Source: Minisyncoccota bacterium
GTDB lineage: Bacteria; Patescibacteriota; Minisyncoccia; Phycocordibacterales; SBAW01
Assembly: GCA_035546575.1 (NCBI GenBank)
Contig: DASZWN010000001.1
Location: 212,875 to 276,874 of the forward strand
Length of the DNA stretch: 64,000 bases
Direction of reading: 5' to 3'
A program made the translations under genes and the position numbers. Position 1 is the first letter of the stretch, and each line of letters starts with the position of its first letter. Under the pieces are notes generated by a model. That model saw only the letters and a list, made by a program, of their open reading frames with translations. It was not told the DNA's origin and did no database searches. Below, in pieces: positions 18,312 through 28,447 of this stretch.

Positions 18312-20075
18312 ATGGAAATTCGAAACATCGCTATTATTGCGCACGTGGACCACGGCAAGACAACCTTGACCGACGCTTTGCTTAAGCAAACGGGCGTCGC
18401 CGAGGAGGGTGTCTCGATGGACTCAAACACGCTCGAGCAGGAGCGCGGCATCACTATTTATGCCAAAAACGCCTCTATTCCGTACAAGGACGGCAAGATA
18501 AACATCGTCGACACGCCAGGCCACGCCGACTTTGGCTCCGAGGTGGAGCGCGTGCTGCGCTCTATCGACTCGGTGCTTTTGGTCGTGGACGCACAAGAGG
18601 GCCCAATGCCGCAGACTCGCTTTGTGCTCAAGAAGTCGCTCGAGCTCGGCCTCAAGCCGATTGTGGTTATCAACAAGATCGACAAGCCCGCTGCAAACCC
18701 GGCGCAATGCGAGGAGCAAGTACTCGAGCTCTTTTTGGAGCTTGGCGCCAACGACGAGCAGAGCAACTTTCCGGTTGTGTACGCTATTGGTCGCCAAGGC
18801 ATTGCAAAGCTCAAACTCACCGACGAGTCGACTGATCTTACGCCGCTTCTGGACACAATCATCAAGCACGTACCCTCCTCGGCAAAGGAGACTGCGGGCC
18901 AGGCATTGATGGCGCAGCCATTTAACCTCGGTTACGACAACTTTTTGGGCCGCCTCGCTATCGCGCGCGTATATGAGGGCGTCCTCAAAACTGGCGACGC
19001 AGTATTTGTAAAAAAGCCGAACGGCGAGACTCGCTCGGGCAAGATCACCAAACTCTTTACTTTTAAAGGGCTCCAGAAAATAGAGACACCAGAGGCTCCG
19101 GCGGGGGACATCGTGCTTGTGGCCGGCCTCACCGACATTTACATCGGCGAAACTATCACAAGCGACCAAAATGCGGCACCCCTTCCGGCTATCGCAATCG
19201 ACGAGCCAACCATTACGCTCGACTTTTTTGTTAACTCGTCGCCGTTTGCCGGCCGCGAAGGAAAATTTGTCACCTCGCGCCAAATCCGCGAGCGCCTTGA
19301 GCGCGAGCTCGAGGTCAATGTAGGGCTCAAGGTAGAGTTTGATGCCGGCGACATGTACCACGTGTCCGGCCGCGGCGAGCTCCACATCGCAATCCTCCTT
19401 GAAAACATGCGCCGCGAGGGCTACGAGATGCAGGTCTCGCAGCCGCACGTAATTTTGGAAGAGCGCGAGGGGCAAACCTACGAGCCGTTCGAGGAAATCG
19501 TTATCGACACGCCGTCTGAGTTCCAGGGCGCTATTATCGAAAAGCTCGGATTGCGCAAATGCATTCTTAAAGACGTGCGTCCCCACAGCGAGAGCGTGCG
19601 CATGCTCTTTGAGGGTCCGACGCGCGGGCTCCTGGGCTACCGCTCACAATTTGTGCTCGACACCAAGGGCGAGGGCATACTCTCAAGCCGTTTTATCGAG
19701 TTCCGCCCGTACGCGGGCGAGATAGTAAAGCGCGTTGTCGGCTCGATGATCTCGATGGCAACCGGCAAAGCGCTCGGCTTTTCTCTCTGGAACCTCCAGG
19801 ATCGCGGCGTACTCTACATATCTCCGGCCGTAGAAGTGTACGAGGGGCAGGTTATCGGCAACACCAGCAAAGGCGAGGAGATGGAGGTTAACCCGACCAA
19901 GGGCAAACAGCTCACCAACATGCGCGCATCGGGCTCGGACGAGGCTATTAACCTGGTGCCGCCGTATACACTCACCATCGAGCGCGGCCTCGAGGTGATG
20001 GCCGAGGATGAATATCTTGAAATAACTCCCAAGAATGTACGTCTGCGCAAAAAGCCGAAAGAAAAACGACGTTAG
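18312..20075 (+). CDS. typA: Translational GTPase TypA/BipA
   Basis: [51 protein letters not shown]. Confidence 0.96.
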   Translation: MEIRNIAIIAHVDHGKTTLTDALLKQTGVAEEGVSMDSNTLEQERGITIYAKNASIPYKDGKINIVDTPGHADFGSEVERVLRSIDSVLLVVDAQEGPMPQTRFVLKKSLELGLKPIVVINKIDKPAANPAQCEEQVLELFLELGANDEQSNFPVVYAIGRQGIAKLKLTDESTDLTPLLDTIIKHVPSSAKETAGQALMAQPFNLGYDNFLGRLAIARVYEGVLKTGDAVFVKKPNGETRSGKITKLFTFKGLQKIETPEAPAGDIVLVAGLTDIYIGETITSDQNAAPLPAIAIDEPTITLDFFVNSSPFAGREGKFVTSRQIRERLERELEVNVGLKVEFDAGDMYHVSGRGELHIAILLENMRREGYEMQVSQPHVILEEREGQTYEPFEEIVIDTPSEFQGAIIEKLGLRKCILKDVRPHSESVRMLFEGPTRGLLGYRSQFVLDTKGEGILSSRFIEFRPYAGEIVKRVVGSMISMATGKALGFSLWNLQDRGVLYISPAVEVYEGQVIGNTSKGEEMEVNPTKGKQLTNMRASGSDEAINLVPPYTLTIERGLEVMAEDEYLEITPKNVRLRKKPKEKRR

Positions 20076-20144
20076 CACGCATACTTATTTCCTGAAGACT
20101 TCATTTCTGCTACAGGTTGTATACAATAGAATAACTTTAAAAAT

Positions 20145-20597
20145 ATGGATACCACAAACGAACCAAAAAGCGGATACGGGGTCTCGGTTATTGTCGCGCT
20201 GCTTATCATCATCGGCCTCGGCGGATGGTTTGCATATTACATCTCGCACACGCAGCCGCTTGTCGACGACACGCTGCGCGACCAATTTGTCTGGCATATC
20301 ACTCCAGGGCAGCCGCTCCCCGACAAAATAGGCCCGCGTACAAAAGTAACGCTCCAGATTGCCGATGCAGTACTGCCGGTTGGCACCTACGATGGCAATT
20401 GCGAGCTGATCGACGCCAAAAAAACTTCGCTCATGACCGACGAACTCTCCGGCGTTATCTGCCGCAATGGCACCACCGGAATGGAGGTGGGCATCTTTAA
20501 GCAAAACGGAGAACTTTTGATCAAACAAGGTCCGATCAAGACCGAAAACGGCCGCGGACAAGACTTTGTCCCGGTCGTACAGCAAACCACCTCGTAA
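20145..20597 (+). CDS. Hypothetical membrane-anchored protein
   Basis: Single N-terminal TM helix and a Cys pair. Confidence 0.65.
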   Translation: MDTTNEPKSGYGVSVIVALLIIIGLGGWFAYYISHTQPLVDDTLRDQFVWHITPGQPLPDKIGPRTKVTLQIADAVLPVGTYDGNCELIDAKKTSLMTDELSGVICRNGTTGMEVGIFKQNGELLIKQGPIKTENGRGQDFVPVVQQTTS

Positions 20598-20645
20598 TCT
20601 CCGTTGTAAGCAGGAGGCCGCTCTCGCGTCAGCTATACTAAAGGT

Positions 20646-21806
20646 ATGAAACCGCGATTCTTTTCCTATTTCTCAATACTTGCGCTCGGATTGCTTTTCC
20701 TATTGCCTTCGGCCGCATCTGCTGCGCCGCTTAAGAATACGCTTGAGGTCAGCGGCTGGATACCGTATTGGCGCGAGGCAACCGGTACCGCCGACGTGAT
20801 GCCCAATATAAAAAATCTCACCGCAATCCAGCCATTTGGTTACATTGTAAACTCCGACGGCATACTCACCGATGCGATGGGTATTGCCGACGAGCCATGG
20901 AAAAGCCTTCGCGCCGCCGCCAAAGCAAACAAGGTACGCTTTATTCCGACCGTGATGTGGAGCGATGGCGCCTCGATACAGCGCATACTTTCCAACCAGG
21001 CGACACGTATCGACCTTGAAGACAGGATCGCTCAGCTGGCAAAAGACGAGGGCTTTGACGGCATTGATATCGATTTTGAGGCAAAGTATGCGGAGACCAG
21101 GCCCTACTTCTCGCTGTTTTTGAAGGGCCTTTATCAGCGCATGGGTCCTAAGTGGGTGTATTGCTCGATAGAGTCGCGTACGCCGCTCGATTCGCGCTAC
21201 GAGGGCACGCCGCCCAAAGATGCGGGTATTTATGCCAACGACTTTGTCGAGATCAATAAATATTGCGATCGCGTACAGATCATGGCGTACGACCAGGGCT
21301 CGATCGATCTCAAACTTAATGCCTCGAATGCAGGCCCCTACGCGCCCATTGCCGACATTAACTGGGTGGAGAAGGTAATGAAGGTCGCCGCACAAACGAT
21401 CTCTAAGAAAAAGCTCGTGCTCGGTATCCCAACCTATGGCTACGAGTACGCGGTGACGCCACTCGCGCAGGAAGGGTATCGCTATGATTTGCTCTGGGCG
21501 TTTAACCAGCAGTATGCGTATGACATCGCAAAGCAATTTAATCTCACACCATATCGCTCAAGCGGGGGAGAGATGACCTTTACCTATATCCCAACCTCAA
21601 CTCCGACCACGGTGGGCGTACCAAACTCGGCAACCGCAGCGGGGCCGGTTGCCGCGCAAGTGCAGCCGTTTAATATCTTGACCTGGGACGACTCGCTCGC
21701 AATAGCTCAAAAGATAGCACTCGCAAAAAGACTCGGCCTCAAGGGTGTGGCGATATTTAAGTTCGACGGGGGCGAGGACCAAGCCTTTTGGAACTTAATT
21801 AAATAG
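20646..21806 (+). CDS. Secreted glycoside hydrolase family 18
   Basis: Signal peptide; FDGIDIDFE catalytic motif; MAYD; LGIPTYGY. Confidence 0.9.
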   Translation: MKPRFFSYFSILALGLLFLLPSAASAAPLKNTLEVSGWIPYWREATGTADVMPNIKNLTAIQPFGYIVNSDGILTDAMGIADEPWKSLRAAAKANKVRFIPTVMWSDGASIQRILSNQATRIDLEDRIAQLAKDEGFDGIDIDFEAKYAETRPYFSLFLKGLYQRMGPKWVYCSIESRTPLDSRYEGTPPKDAGIYANDFVEINKYCDRVQIMAYDQGSIDLKLNASNAGPYAPIADINWVEKVMKVAAQTISKKKLVLGIPTYGYEYAVTPLAQEGYRYDLLWAFNQQYAYDIAKQFNLTPYRSSGGEMTFTYIPTSTPTTVGVPNSATAAGPVAAQVQPFNILTWDDSLAIAQKIALAKRLGLKGVAIFKFDGGEDQAFWNLIK

Positions 21807-21896
21807 CCTTGTGGTATACTCGACCAGGTTCTATTTCACTCATGAATCCTTCACGCCTGAGCGTGCACACTTACAAAGTTAGCTAACACTCTATAT

Positions 21897-22766
21897 ATGA
21901 AAACAAGCACAGCTGCAATTGTCGTTATTGTCCTTCTGCTCCTGATTGGCGGCGGCTGGTGGTATTATGCTGGCAAGGCGCCGGCAACTACGACGCCTCC
22001 CACAACGGAGACTCCGCTCGCAACAACCGCATTTGCTTGCGACGCAGGCAAATCTATTGGCGCAACGTTTTACACCGGGCGCGCCGACATTGTACTGAGC
22101 GATGGCCGCACGCTTTCACTCCCGCAAACACAATCAGGCTCCGGTATCCGCTATGCTGCTACCGATGAGTCGGTGATCTTTTGGGGCAAAGGCAACACGG
22201 CTTTTGTAGAGGAAGGGGCTGATCAGCGTCAGACGTATACCGGCTGCATTCTTGTCTCGCCAGACCCGTCAAACACACTCAGCCAAATTTACGCAACCTC
22301 GACGCTTGGGTTTAGTTTGCGTACTCCGGCTGGTTACATGCCGCTCGCATACACCTATCAAGCGCTCGGGCCAAACAAGGGAATTAAAGGTGTAAAGTTT
22401 ACTATCCCGGCAACCTCGGCAACTGGCACCAACCTTTCTAAAGACACCTACATCAGTGTAGAAGAGCTCCCAAATTCAACTACCTGCTTAGCATCTGAGT
22501 TCCTGGAACCGGGCGCAAAAGCGATTACGTTTACCGATGCGGGCGTCGACTACTCGGCAGCAACGTCAAGCGACGCGGGTGCGGGCAACCTCTACGATGA
22601 GGCCGTATTCTCTATCCCGGGCACCAGCCCGTGCATTGCCGTGCGCTACTTTATCCACTCAACGCAGTTTGCTAATTATCCGGCAGGCAGCGTTGTCGAG
22701 TTTAGCCGCGAGGCGGTCATCAACGAGTTCGACGCAATCCGCCGCAGTCTGGTAATCGGCCGCTAG
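21897..22766 (+). CDS. MliC-domain membrane-anchored protein (paralog 1)
   Basis: F.CD.GK.I..LSDGRTL.LPQ.QSGSGIRY..FWGKG..AF matches the MliC/PliC pattern; additional C-terminal domain. Confidence 0.8.
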   Translation: MKTSTAAIVVIVLLLLIGGGWWYYAGKAPATTTPPTTETPLATTAFACDAGKSIGATFYTGRADIVLSDGRTLSLPQTQSGSGIRYAATDESVIFWGKGNTAFVEEGADQRQTYTGCILVSPDPSNTLSQIYATSTLGFSLRTPAGYMPLAYTYQALGPNKGIKGVKFTIPATSATGTNLSKDTYISVEELPNSTTCLASEFLEPGAKAITFTDAGVDYSAATSSDAGAGNLYDEAVFSIPGTSPCIAVRYFIHSTQFANYPAGSVVEFSREAVINEFDAIRRSLVIGR

Positions 22767-22808
22767 CCCGTCCAGGAAAAAGAAAGCGCGTAATAGTACA
22801 CTAGGTAG

Positions 22809-23459
22809 GTGAGCCAAAAGTATCTATATATCGCAGCTATAGCGGTACTCCTCGCACTCGCGACCTTTGTGGGCCTGTATCTCCGTATCCAGTTTGAGAC
22901 CAGGCAGTATATCTATTCAAGCGTCGAGAGCGCACCCACAACGCAAGTGGCGCTGGTGCTTGGAGCGTCGGTGATGCGCAACGGTACGCTCTCGCCGGTC
23001 CTTGAGGAGCGGGTCGACAAAGCAGTTGAGCTCTATCGCATGCATAAAGTATCCAAAATTTTGATGACCGGCGACAACAGCACCATTGCCCACAACGAGG
23101 TAGAGCCGGTGCGCCGTTACTTGCTTGCGGCAGATGTTCGGCCGGAGGATATCTTTTTGGACCATGCAGGGTTTGATACCTACTCAAGTATGTATCGCGC
23201 ACGCGATGTCTTTGCAGTGACCTCGGTCACCATTGTGACGCAACCGTTCCACCTGCCGCGCGCGGTATATATTGCTAGAGAGCTCGGGCTTAATGCGGTG
23301 GGTATCGAGGCGGGGGAGCCGGGTAAATATCTGTACAACTACGCGCGCGAGGCGCCAGCTTCTATCAAGGCTGAGCTCGACCTCCTGTTTTACCGAATCC
23401 CCAAGTATTTAGGCCCTCAATTCCCTATAACCGGTACCGGTACCACCACTTGGGAGTAG
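22809..23459 (+). CDS. SanA/ElyC (DUF218) family protein
   Basis: ALVLGASV..R..KAVELY..ILMTGDN..DHAGFDTY.S.YRA..VTQ.FHLPRA..ARE. Confidence 0.9.
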   Translation: MSQKYLYIAAIAVLLALATFVGLYLRIQFETRQYIYSSVESAPTTQVALVLGASVMRNGTLSPVLEERVDKAVELYRMHKVSKILMTGDNSTIAHNEVEPVRRYLLAADVRPEDIFLDHAGFDTYSSMYRARDVFAVTSVTIVTQPFHLPRAVYIARELGLNAVGIEAGEPGKYLYNYAREAPASIKAELDLLFYRIPKYLGPQFPITGTGTTTWE

Positions 23460-23476
23460 CTGTTATACTTAAGGGT

Positions 23477-24343
23477 ATGAACTCGATTAATCTTCGCGTT
23501 ATCTTTATCGGACTGTTTGCGATATTAGTACTTGGAGTTGGTGGGTTTTATCTGTGGAACAAGCTCGGAGCGCGCACGGTGCCGCCGCTCTCGTCGGTTG
23601 CCTATACCTGCGATGCTGGCAAAACAATACAAGCGGACTTTTATGAAAAGAGCGTCAAAATCGTACTCAGCGACGGGCGCGAGTTCTCGCTCCCGCAGAT
23701 GGTCTCGAGCGTAGGCGACCGCTACACCAACGCAGAAAAATCGATCGTGTTTGAGCGCGACGGCGACACCGCGCATGTGGGCGAGGGCTCATCGGAGATA
23801 CCAACCTACAGTAACTGCACCGCGGCGGGCAGCGAGGCAGCCTCGATGGGCACCTATACCTCAACCGCAGCATCATCGACGCCGGGCTTTACTGTAAAAT
23901 ATCCAAAAACATTCTCGCTCAACAGTGCGTATGTGAACGAGACCTTCCCTAAAAAGCCTATCAGCGGCATCAAGCTCACTGTCCCGGAGACGATGGCTAC
24001 CGGTACAAACCTCTCCAGTGACACAGGCCTCTCGGTAGAGTGGCTTCCGAATGCTCGTAACTGTACCGGCGATATTTTTGTAGCCGAAAATGTTAAAGCA
24101 CAAAAAGTAACCGAAAACGGCGTCAGTTACTCGGTAGCCACGACAAGCGGTGCAGGTGCGGGCAACCTCTACGAGGAGACCGTGTATGCTATCTCGGGCT
24201 CCAAGCCATGCACTGCCGTGCGCTACTTTGTACACTCAGGCAATATCGGCAATTATCCTGCGGGCACCGTGACCGAGTTCGACAGGGCAGGGCTCATGGC
24301 CCAGTTCGACAAAATCCGCCAGTCGCTCACGCTCAGCAACTAA
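23477..24343 (+). CDS. MliC-domain membrane-anchored protein (paralog 2)
   Basis: Clear paralog of 21897..22766 (CDAGK, LSDGR, GAGNLY, PC.AVRYF.HS, NYPAG.V.EF); start ATG 23477. Confidence 0.78.
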   Translation: MNSINLRVIFIGLFAILVLGVGGFYLWNKLGARTVPPLSSVAYTCDAGKTIQADFYEKSVKIVLSDGREFSLPQMVSSVGDRYTNAEKSIVFERDGDTAHVGEGSSEIPTYSNCTAAGSEAASMGTYTSTAASSTPGFTVKYPKTFSLNSAYVNETFPKKPISGIKLTVPETMATGTNLSSDTGLSVEWLPNARNCTGDIFVAENVKAQKVTENGVSYSVATTSGAGAGNLYEETVYAISGSKPCTAVRYFVHSGNIGNYPAGTVTEFDRAGLMAQFDKIRQSLTLSN

Positions 24344-24359
24344 TTATAAAAAGTAGAAG

Positions 24360-24387
24360 GCCCCGCGCGGAATGGTCCGCGCGGGGC
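24360..24387. terminator. Hairpin between convergent genes
   Basis: GCCCCGCGCGGA-atgg-TCCGCGCGGGGC, a 12-bp stem. Confidence 0.7.
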
Positions 24388-24402
24388 TATTGTATTGATT
24401 GG

Positions 24403-24870
24403 TCAGATGTTGCCGTCGATCAGGTCGCGATGCAGGAACGTCAGCGCGTTGAAGCATGCGTTGCCGATCGACTTCCAGAACTTGCGCATCTTCTGCCGAC
24501 GGGCAAGCCGGAGCTCCTCGGCGGTTGGTATGTAGACCGTCGTCTTGCCCGAGATAATGTTCTCGCGAGTCCGACGCAGCACCTGCATGAGGTGCGAATG
24601 CGTCGTCTCCTTGGCATCGTTGAAGCTGGGGATGCTGTCGTAACGCAGCGGCCGGCCTTCGTTCGCTGTGGCGAGGATGGCCGGCCCCAGGTACATCACG
24701 CCCAGATTCCGCATGGTCTGCTCTGCGCAGGCCAGGTTGGGATTCCAGAAGTCACGGGCCCTGTATTGGAGCCAGTTGTCTTCGTTGCGGAGCTTGCCGA
24801 TGAGCTGGTCGATCTCGGCGAGCCCTGTCGGGGCAAAGGCGAGAACGGGGATAGTGCCGTCTGCAGCCAT
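24403..24870 (-). CDS. Hypothetical protein
   Basis: ATG 24870 preceded by AGGAGA SD; TTGACA..TACTGT promoter upstream. Confidence 0.65.
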   Translation of the reverse strand: MAADGTIPVLAFAPTGLAEIDQLIGKLRNEDNWLQYRARDFWNPNLACAEQTMRNLGVMYLGPAILATANEGRPLRYDSIPSFNDAKETTHSHLMQVLRRTRENIISGKTTVYIPTAEELRLARRQKMRKFWKSIGNACFNALTFLHRDLIDGNI

Positions 24871-24991
24871 GGATATTTCTCCTGTTTCGAGTTGCCGTTC
24901 AGTACAAAAAGTCTTGCTATACAGTACCGCAAAACGATGCAATGTCAATATATAGAAAATCCCGGCCGCTTGGTGTGCGGCCGGGGAAGGG

Positions 24992-25306
24992 TCATAAAAA
25001 ATTTTCGCTCGGTTTGTTTTTCTCCGACTCAGCCTTCAGCTTCTTGAGCATGGCCTGAGCCTTTTTCATTGCCGCCTCAAGGATCTTCATGGCCTCGTCG
25101 ACGACGGCTGCCGCCTGCTGGTAGGACATGTTGCCGCTGCTGCCGTAGGGCGCTTCGCCCCTTGCCTGGAGCAGATGGAACGCCCTCTGGCTGCTGTGCA
25201 AAAAGATGTCCTCAGCAGCCTGATCAATAAGATCGGGGCTTTGAACAACGAGCTCTTTGCCTGGCTTGGGTTTGTTGGGAAACAATTGGTAAACCTTCGC
25301 GCTCAC
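24992..25306 (-). CDS. Hypothetical protein
   Basis: GTG 25306 preceded by GGAGG SD; hairpin 24961-24985 downstream. Confidence 0.6.
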   Translation of the reverse strand: MSAKVYQLFPNKPKPGKELVVQSPDLIDQAAEDIFLHSSQRAFHLLQARGEAPYGSSGNMSYQQAAAVVDEAMKILEAAMKKAQAMLKKLKAESEKNKPSENFL

Positions 25307-25405
25307 GATTCGCCTCCGTCTTACACTGTCTATTGTAGACAATACAGAAAAATATTCATGACGGCAAATAAAAAGTAGCCGCGCGAGGGAGTCCCTCGCG
25401 CGGTG

Positions 25406-25600
25406 TTACTGCTCTTCTACCCCAAAGATGAAGTAGAGTCCCTTTCGTGTCAGGTCGACCCAGATAACGAGCAGGGCGATCTGCAGGGCAACGATGCCCA
25501 CCTGTATGGCTGCTTCGCCCAAGCCCCAGGGGAGAGCCTGAGCCAGGTCTTGCTTGGTCTGCAAAACCTGCAGCCAAAAATAGTCCCATGCGTCGTTCAT
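25406..25600 (-). CDS. Small hypothetical membrane protein
   Basis: ATG 25600 preceded by GGAGGAG SD; hairpin 25379-25403 downstream. Confidence 0.6.
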   Translation of the reverse strand: MNDAWDYFWLQVLQTKQDLAQALPWGLGEAAIQVGIVALQIALLVIWVDLTRKGLYFIFGVEEQ

Positions 25601-25713
25601 TGACTCCTCCCGATGTGCGTTCGATAGGCACTGTAGCAAAACTACAGTGATTTGCTACTAGGGTAGCAATTTGGCATAGTGCTCTGTGGAATAGTGGAGA
25701 AAAGGAGAGACGG

Positions 25714-26523
25714 ATGTACAACACAGCACACGTGTACGACCTGTCGTTCGTCGCTCCCACGCGGAAGCCACGGACAAAACCTCAGATCGTCTTTACGCTT
25801 GATGAGGAGCTCCTTAGCGAGCTCAATAACCGCCTACAACATCTGCTGCGCAGAGTAAACGCGGCAAGATACTGCGGAAGAGAGGTGCAGTTTTGGTATC
25901 CAACTCCAGACCTGTTCGGCCGCATCGAGTTTGGATTCGAGAAATGCGGATTAATGACCAAGCACGATGGCGATGTAAGCTTGCGGATCGAGTTGAGCGA
26001 GGAGATGCTATTCTGCTCTACTTTGACAATAAACCTGCTCGCGCATGCACTCATTGTGCCATTTGAGGGCCGCAAACTCTCAAACCGCCCTCAGCTGATC
26101 GACCTAGAGACTCTTTGCGATCGCGATCGGTTGCAAGGCTACGGCCATGACATAGGCGGCTATGTGTCGGGTGGAGTGAATGCCTGGCTCCGAAAGCAGG
26201 GAACGCAGGTTCCCGACGACAGGTACAGCATTCCTGTACCTGAGGAGGTTATTACCGCCATGCGCCACGCATGGTACGCGGTAGCAGCCGAGGATCAAAA
26301 ACGCTGGGCGAGCGAGTGCGGAGGGCGTATAGCAAACGACGGGCGCTTCATGCTCGAGTGCTTTGGGAATGCGTGCGACGTCGCAATCTATCCGGATAAT
26401 GCTGTCGCAGACGAGAAGGGTTCAGTCCCGTTCAGTTGCCACAACCTCGACCGCCCCGACCAGCAAATTACGCTGATCGCTGGCCTGGCAAAGTTGTGTG
26501 AGCTGGTTCGTAAAGAAGAGTAG
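25714..26523 (+). CDS. Hypothetical protein
   Basis: 269-aa ORF with AGGAGA SD and terminator 26532-26557; no recognised motif. Confidence 0.7.
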   Translation: MYNTAHVYDLSFVAPTRKPRTKPQIVFTLDEELLSELNNRLQHLLRRVNAARYCGREVQFWYPTPDLFGRIEFGFEKCGLMTKHDGDVSLRIELSEEMLFCSTLTINLLAHALIVPFEGRKLSNRPQLIDLETLCDRDRLQGYGHDIGGYVSGGVNAWLRKQGTQVPDDRYSIPVPEEVITAMRHAWYAVAAEDQKRWASECGGRIANDGRFMLECFGNACDVAIYPDNAVADEKGSVPFSCHNLDRPDQQITLIAGLAKLCELVRKEE

Positions 26524-26531
26524 AAAATAAC

Positions 26532-26557
26532 AGGCCGCCCTAGCGATAGGGCGGCCT
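26532..26557. terminator. Hairpin between convergent genes
   Basis: AGGCCGCCCTA-gcga-TAGGGCGGCCT. Confidence 0.7.
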
Positions 26558-26584
26558 TTCTTCTGCGGGGCAATTGTATGAACT

Positions 26585-26881
26585 TTAGTGCTTGCTCGGC
26601 GGCTGACCCCAGTCTTCCCCGAGTACGCCGCGAATAAACTCCTTCGTCCTGGCGAGCCGCATTGCGGTGCGGCCTTCCATCACGGCAACCTCAGCGGCGC
26701 TGAAGCCCCAGAATTCCCTCATGGCGTCGAGTTGCCGGCGCTGATGCTCGGCCGTGTCCTTGTGCCCAGCCTCTTCGTTGATAAGGTAGGCCGAGTAGTG
26801 GCTCATGTAATGATCCTCCTGCTCCTCAAGGGGCCAGGCCTTCATTTCCTTGAGAGTCACAAAACCTTGTGCGGTAGACAT
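26585..26881 (-). CDS. Hypothetical protein
   Basis: 98-aa ORF with AAGGAG SD. Confidence 0.6.
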   Translation of the reverse strand: MSTAQGFVTLKEMKAWPLEEQEDHYMSHYSAYLINEEAGHKDTAEHQRRQLDAMREFWGFSAAEVAVMEGRTAMRLARTKEFIRGVLGEDWGQPPSKH

Positions 26882-26950
26882 GCTGCGGCTCCTTTCGCTG
26901 CTCTAAACCCAATCTAGCAAAAACAGGGTGCTTTTGATAGGGTAGGAGCC

Positions 26951-27460
26951 ATGGACCCGGAAGCAATGCTAAAAGGGCGCATGGCCGAGGCTTTAGTTGA
27001 AGAGATGCTCAAAAAAGCGGGCAACACTGTGTATCGCTTTGGGTATGAATCTGTCATTCAAAATCTTGTACAAGCTGGCGAAGTATTTGACCGATATACA
27101 GAGGTGGGGGAGAAGCTTAGAGCCATTCCAGATTTTGTTGTAATCGACAAAAACGGTAGACCAGCGTTTGTAGAAGTAAAGTTCCGATGGAATTCTGAGA
27201 TCCACGCTGACGATGTGGCGCGCCTTGAAAAGATAGAAAAGTATTGGCGCGCCGCAGTAATCTTTGTTAATTGTATAGAAAAACCATTTTTTAGAATTTC
27301 AGAACCCCCGTATCTTTCAGCAGATAAGCTTCTGCAATTAAAACCGCTCACATCAATCTCAGGGTGGAATGTAACTCCTGAATTAATAGAAGAGTATGAA
27401 AGAGTGGCACAGAAATACTTTGCTCCGACGCTAGTTACTCCATCGCAGAAGGGAAAGTAG
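26951..27460 (+). CDS. PD-(D/E)XK nuclease family protein
   Basis: G..AE..V..M; IPDFVV..FVEVKFR. Confidence 0.8.
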   Translation: MDPEAMLKGRMAEALVEEMLKKAGNTVYRFGYESVIQNLVQAGEVFDRYTEVGEKLRAIPDFVVIDKNGRPAFVEVKFRWNSEIHADDVARLEKIEKYWRAAVIFVNCIEKPFFRISEPPYLSADKLLQLKPLTSISGWNVTPELIEEYERVAQKYFAPTLVTPSQKGK

Positions 27461-27496
27461 TAAAATTCCCCGGATTTGATAGGGTAGAGACAAAAT

Positions 27497-28447
27497 ATGC
27501 TTGGAAAAGTGGAAAAAGTTGATCTACGTAAGGCGTGGCCTCATGAGGCCCTAGATTTTACACGCTGGCTTGCTGAAGAGGCAAATCTCCGCTTGCTCTC
27601 AGAAGAGCTTGGGATTGAATTGGTGCACCTTGAGACCGAGGCAGGTGTGGGACGTTACAATGTCGATATCTTGGCTGAGGAACTTGGATCAGGGAAAAAG
27701 ATTATTATTGAAAATCAACTAGAGATAACAAATCACGATCATTTGGGCAAATTGATCACTTATGCATCTGGATACGATGCAAATATGGTCATTTGGGTTG
27801 TACGGGATGCTCGCGAGGAACATAGACAAGCTATTGATTGGCTTAACGAGCATACCGACGAGAATCTCGCATTTTTCTTAGTACAGTTAGAGCTTTGGCA
27901 GATTGGGAATTCTCCTTTCGCGCCAAAATTCAATATTATTTCAAAACCTAATGATTGGGCAAAAGTGGTAAAACGTTCTTTTGAGGGAGGCGAAATAACG
28001 GAGACCAAAGCACAACAGCTTAGGTTCTGGAATGCCTTTCAAGAATATGCAAAGAAAGAGGGAGTTAATTTTAGGTTTGAAGAACCTCAACCTAAGCATT
28101 GGTTCAATATCTATCTCAGCACGCATTACGCTCTTATTTCTCTCTCCTTAAATTCTTTTGAGAGAGCAATCCGCACAGAGTTTTATATCCGCTCAAGTAA
28201 AGAACTATATACGTACCTCGAAGGACACCGCGAGACTATAGAAAAGGAGATAGGAGCAAAATTGGTGTGGATGCCACTTGAAGGGAAGAAAGCGAGTCGA
28301 ATAAAAATAGAACGTACGGGTGATATAGATGAAGAACGTAACTGGGAAGAGTATTTTGCATGGTGTTTAAAACAAGCTCAAGTATTTGCACGTGTATTTC
28401 CTAAATACATTAAGGAGTTTGATAAAAATAAGAAGTCTAGAAAATAA
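27497..28447 (+). CDS. DUF4268-domain protein with N-terminal NucS-like nuclease domain
   Basis: W.HEA.DFT.WL; VDIL..IIIENQL..T.HDHLGKLITYA; C-terminal EIG..L.W..L..KKASRI. Confidence 0.85.
   Translation: MLGKVEKVDLRKAWPHEALDFTRWLAEEANLRLLSEELGIELVHLETEAGVGRYNVDILAEELGSGKKIIIENQLEITNHDHLGKLITYASGYDANMVIWVVRDAREEHRQAIDWLNEHTDENLAFFLVQLELWQIGNSPFAPKFNIISKPNDWAKVVKRSFEGGEITETKAQQLRFWNAFQEYAKKEGVNFRFEEPQPKHWFNIYLSTHYALISLSLNSFERAIRTEFYIRSSKELYTYLEGHRETIEKEIGAKLVWMPLEGKKASRIKIERTGDIDEERNWEEYFAWCLKQAQVFARVFPKYIKEFDKNKKSRK

Noticed and set aside
18423-19586. Long antisense ORFs (also 10417..11319, 20700..21536, 52127..53188)
   Set aside because: Shadows of well-supported genes (typA, rlmB, GH18, groEL) caused by codon bias.
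24344-26950. Integron cassette array
   Set aside because: No RYYYAAC..GTTRRRY attC structure, mixed gene orientations and no intI; the hairpins look like terminators.
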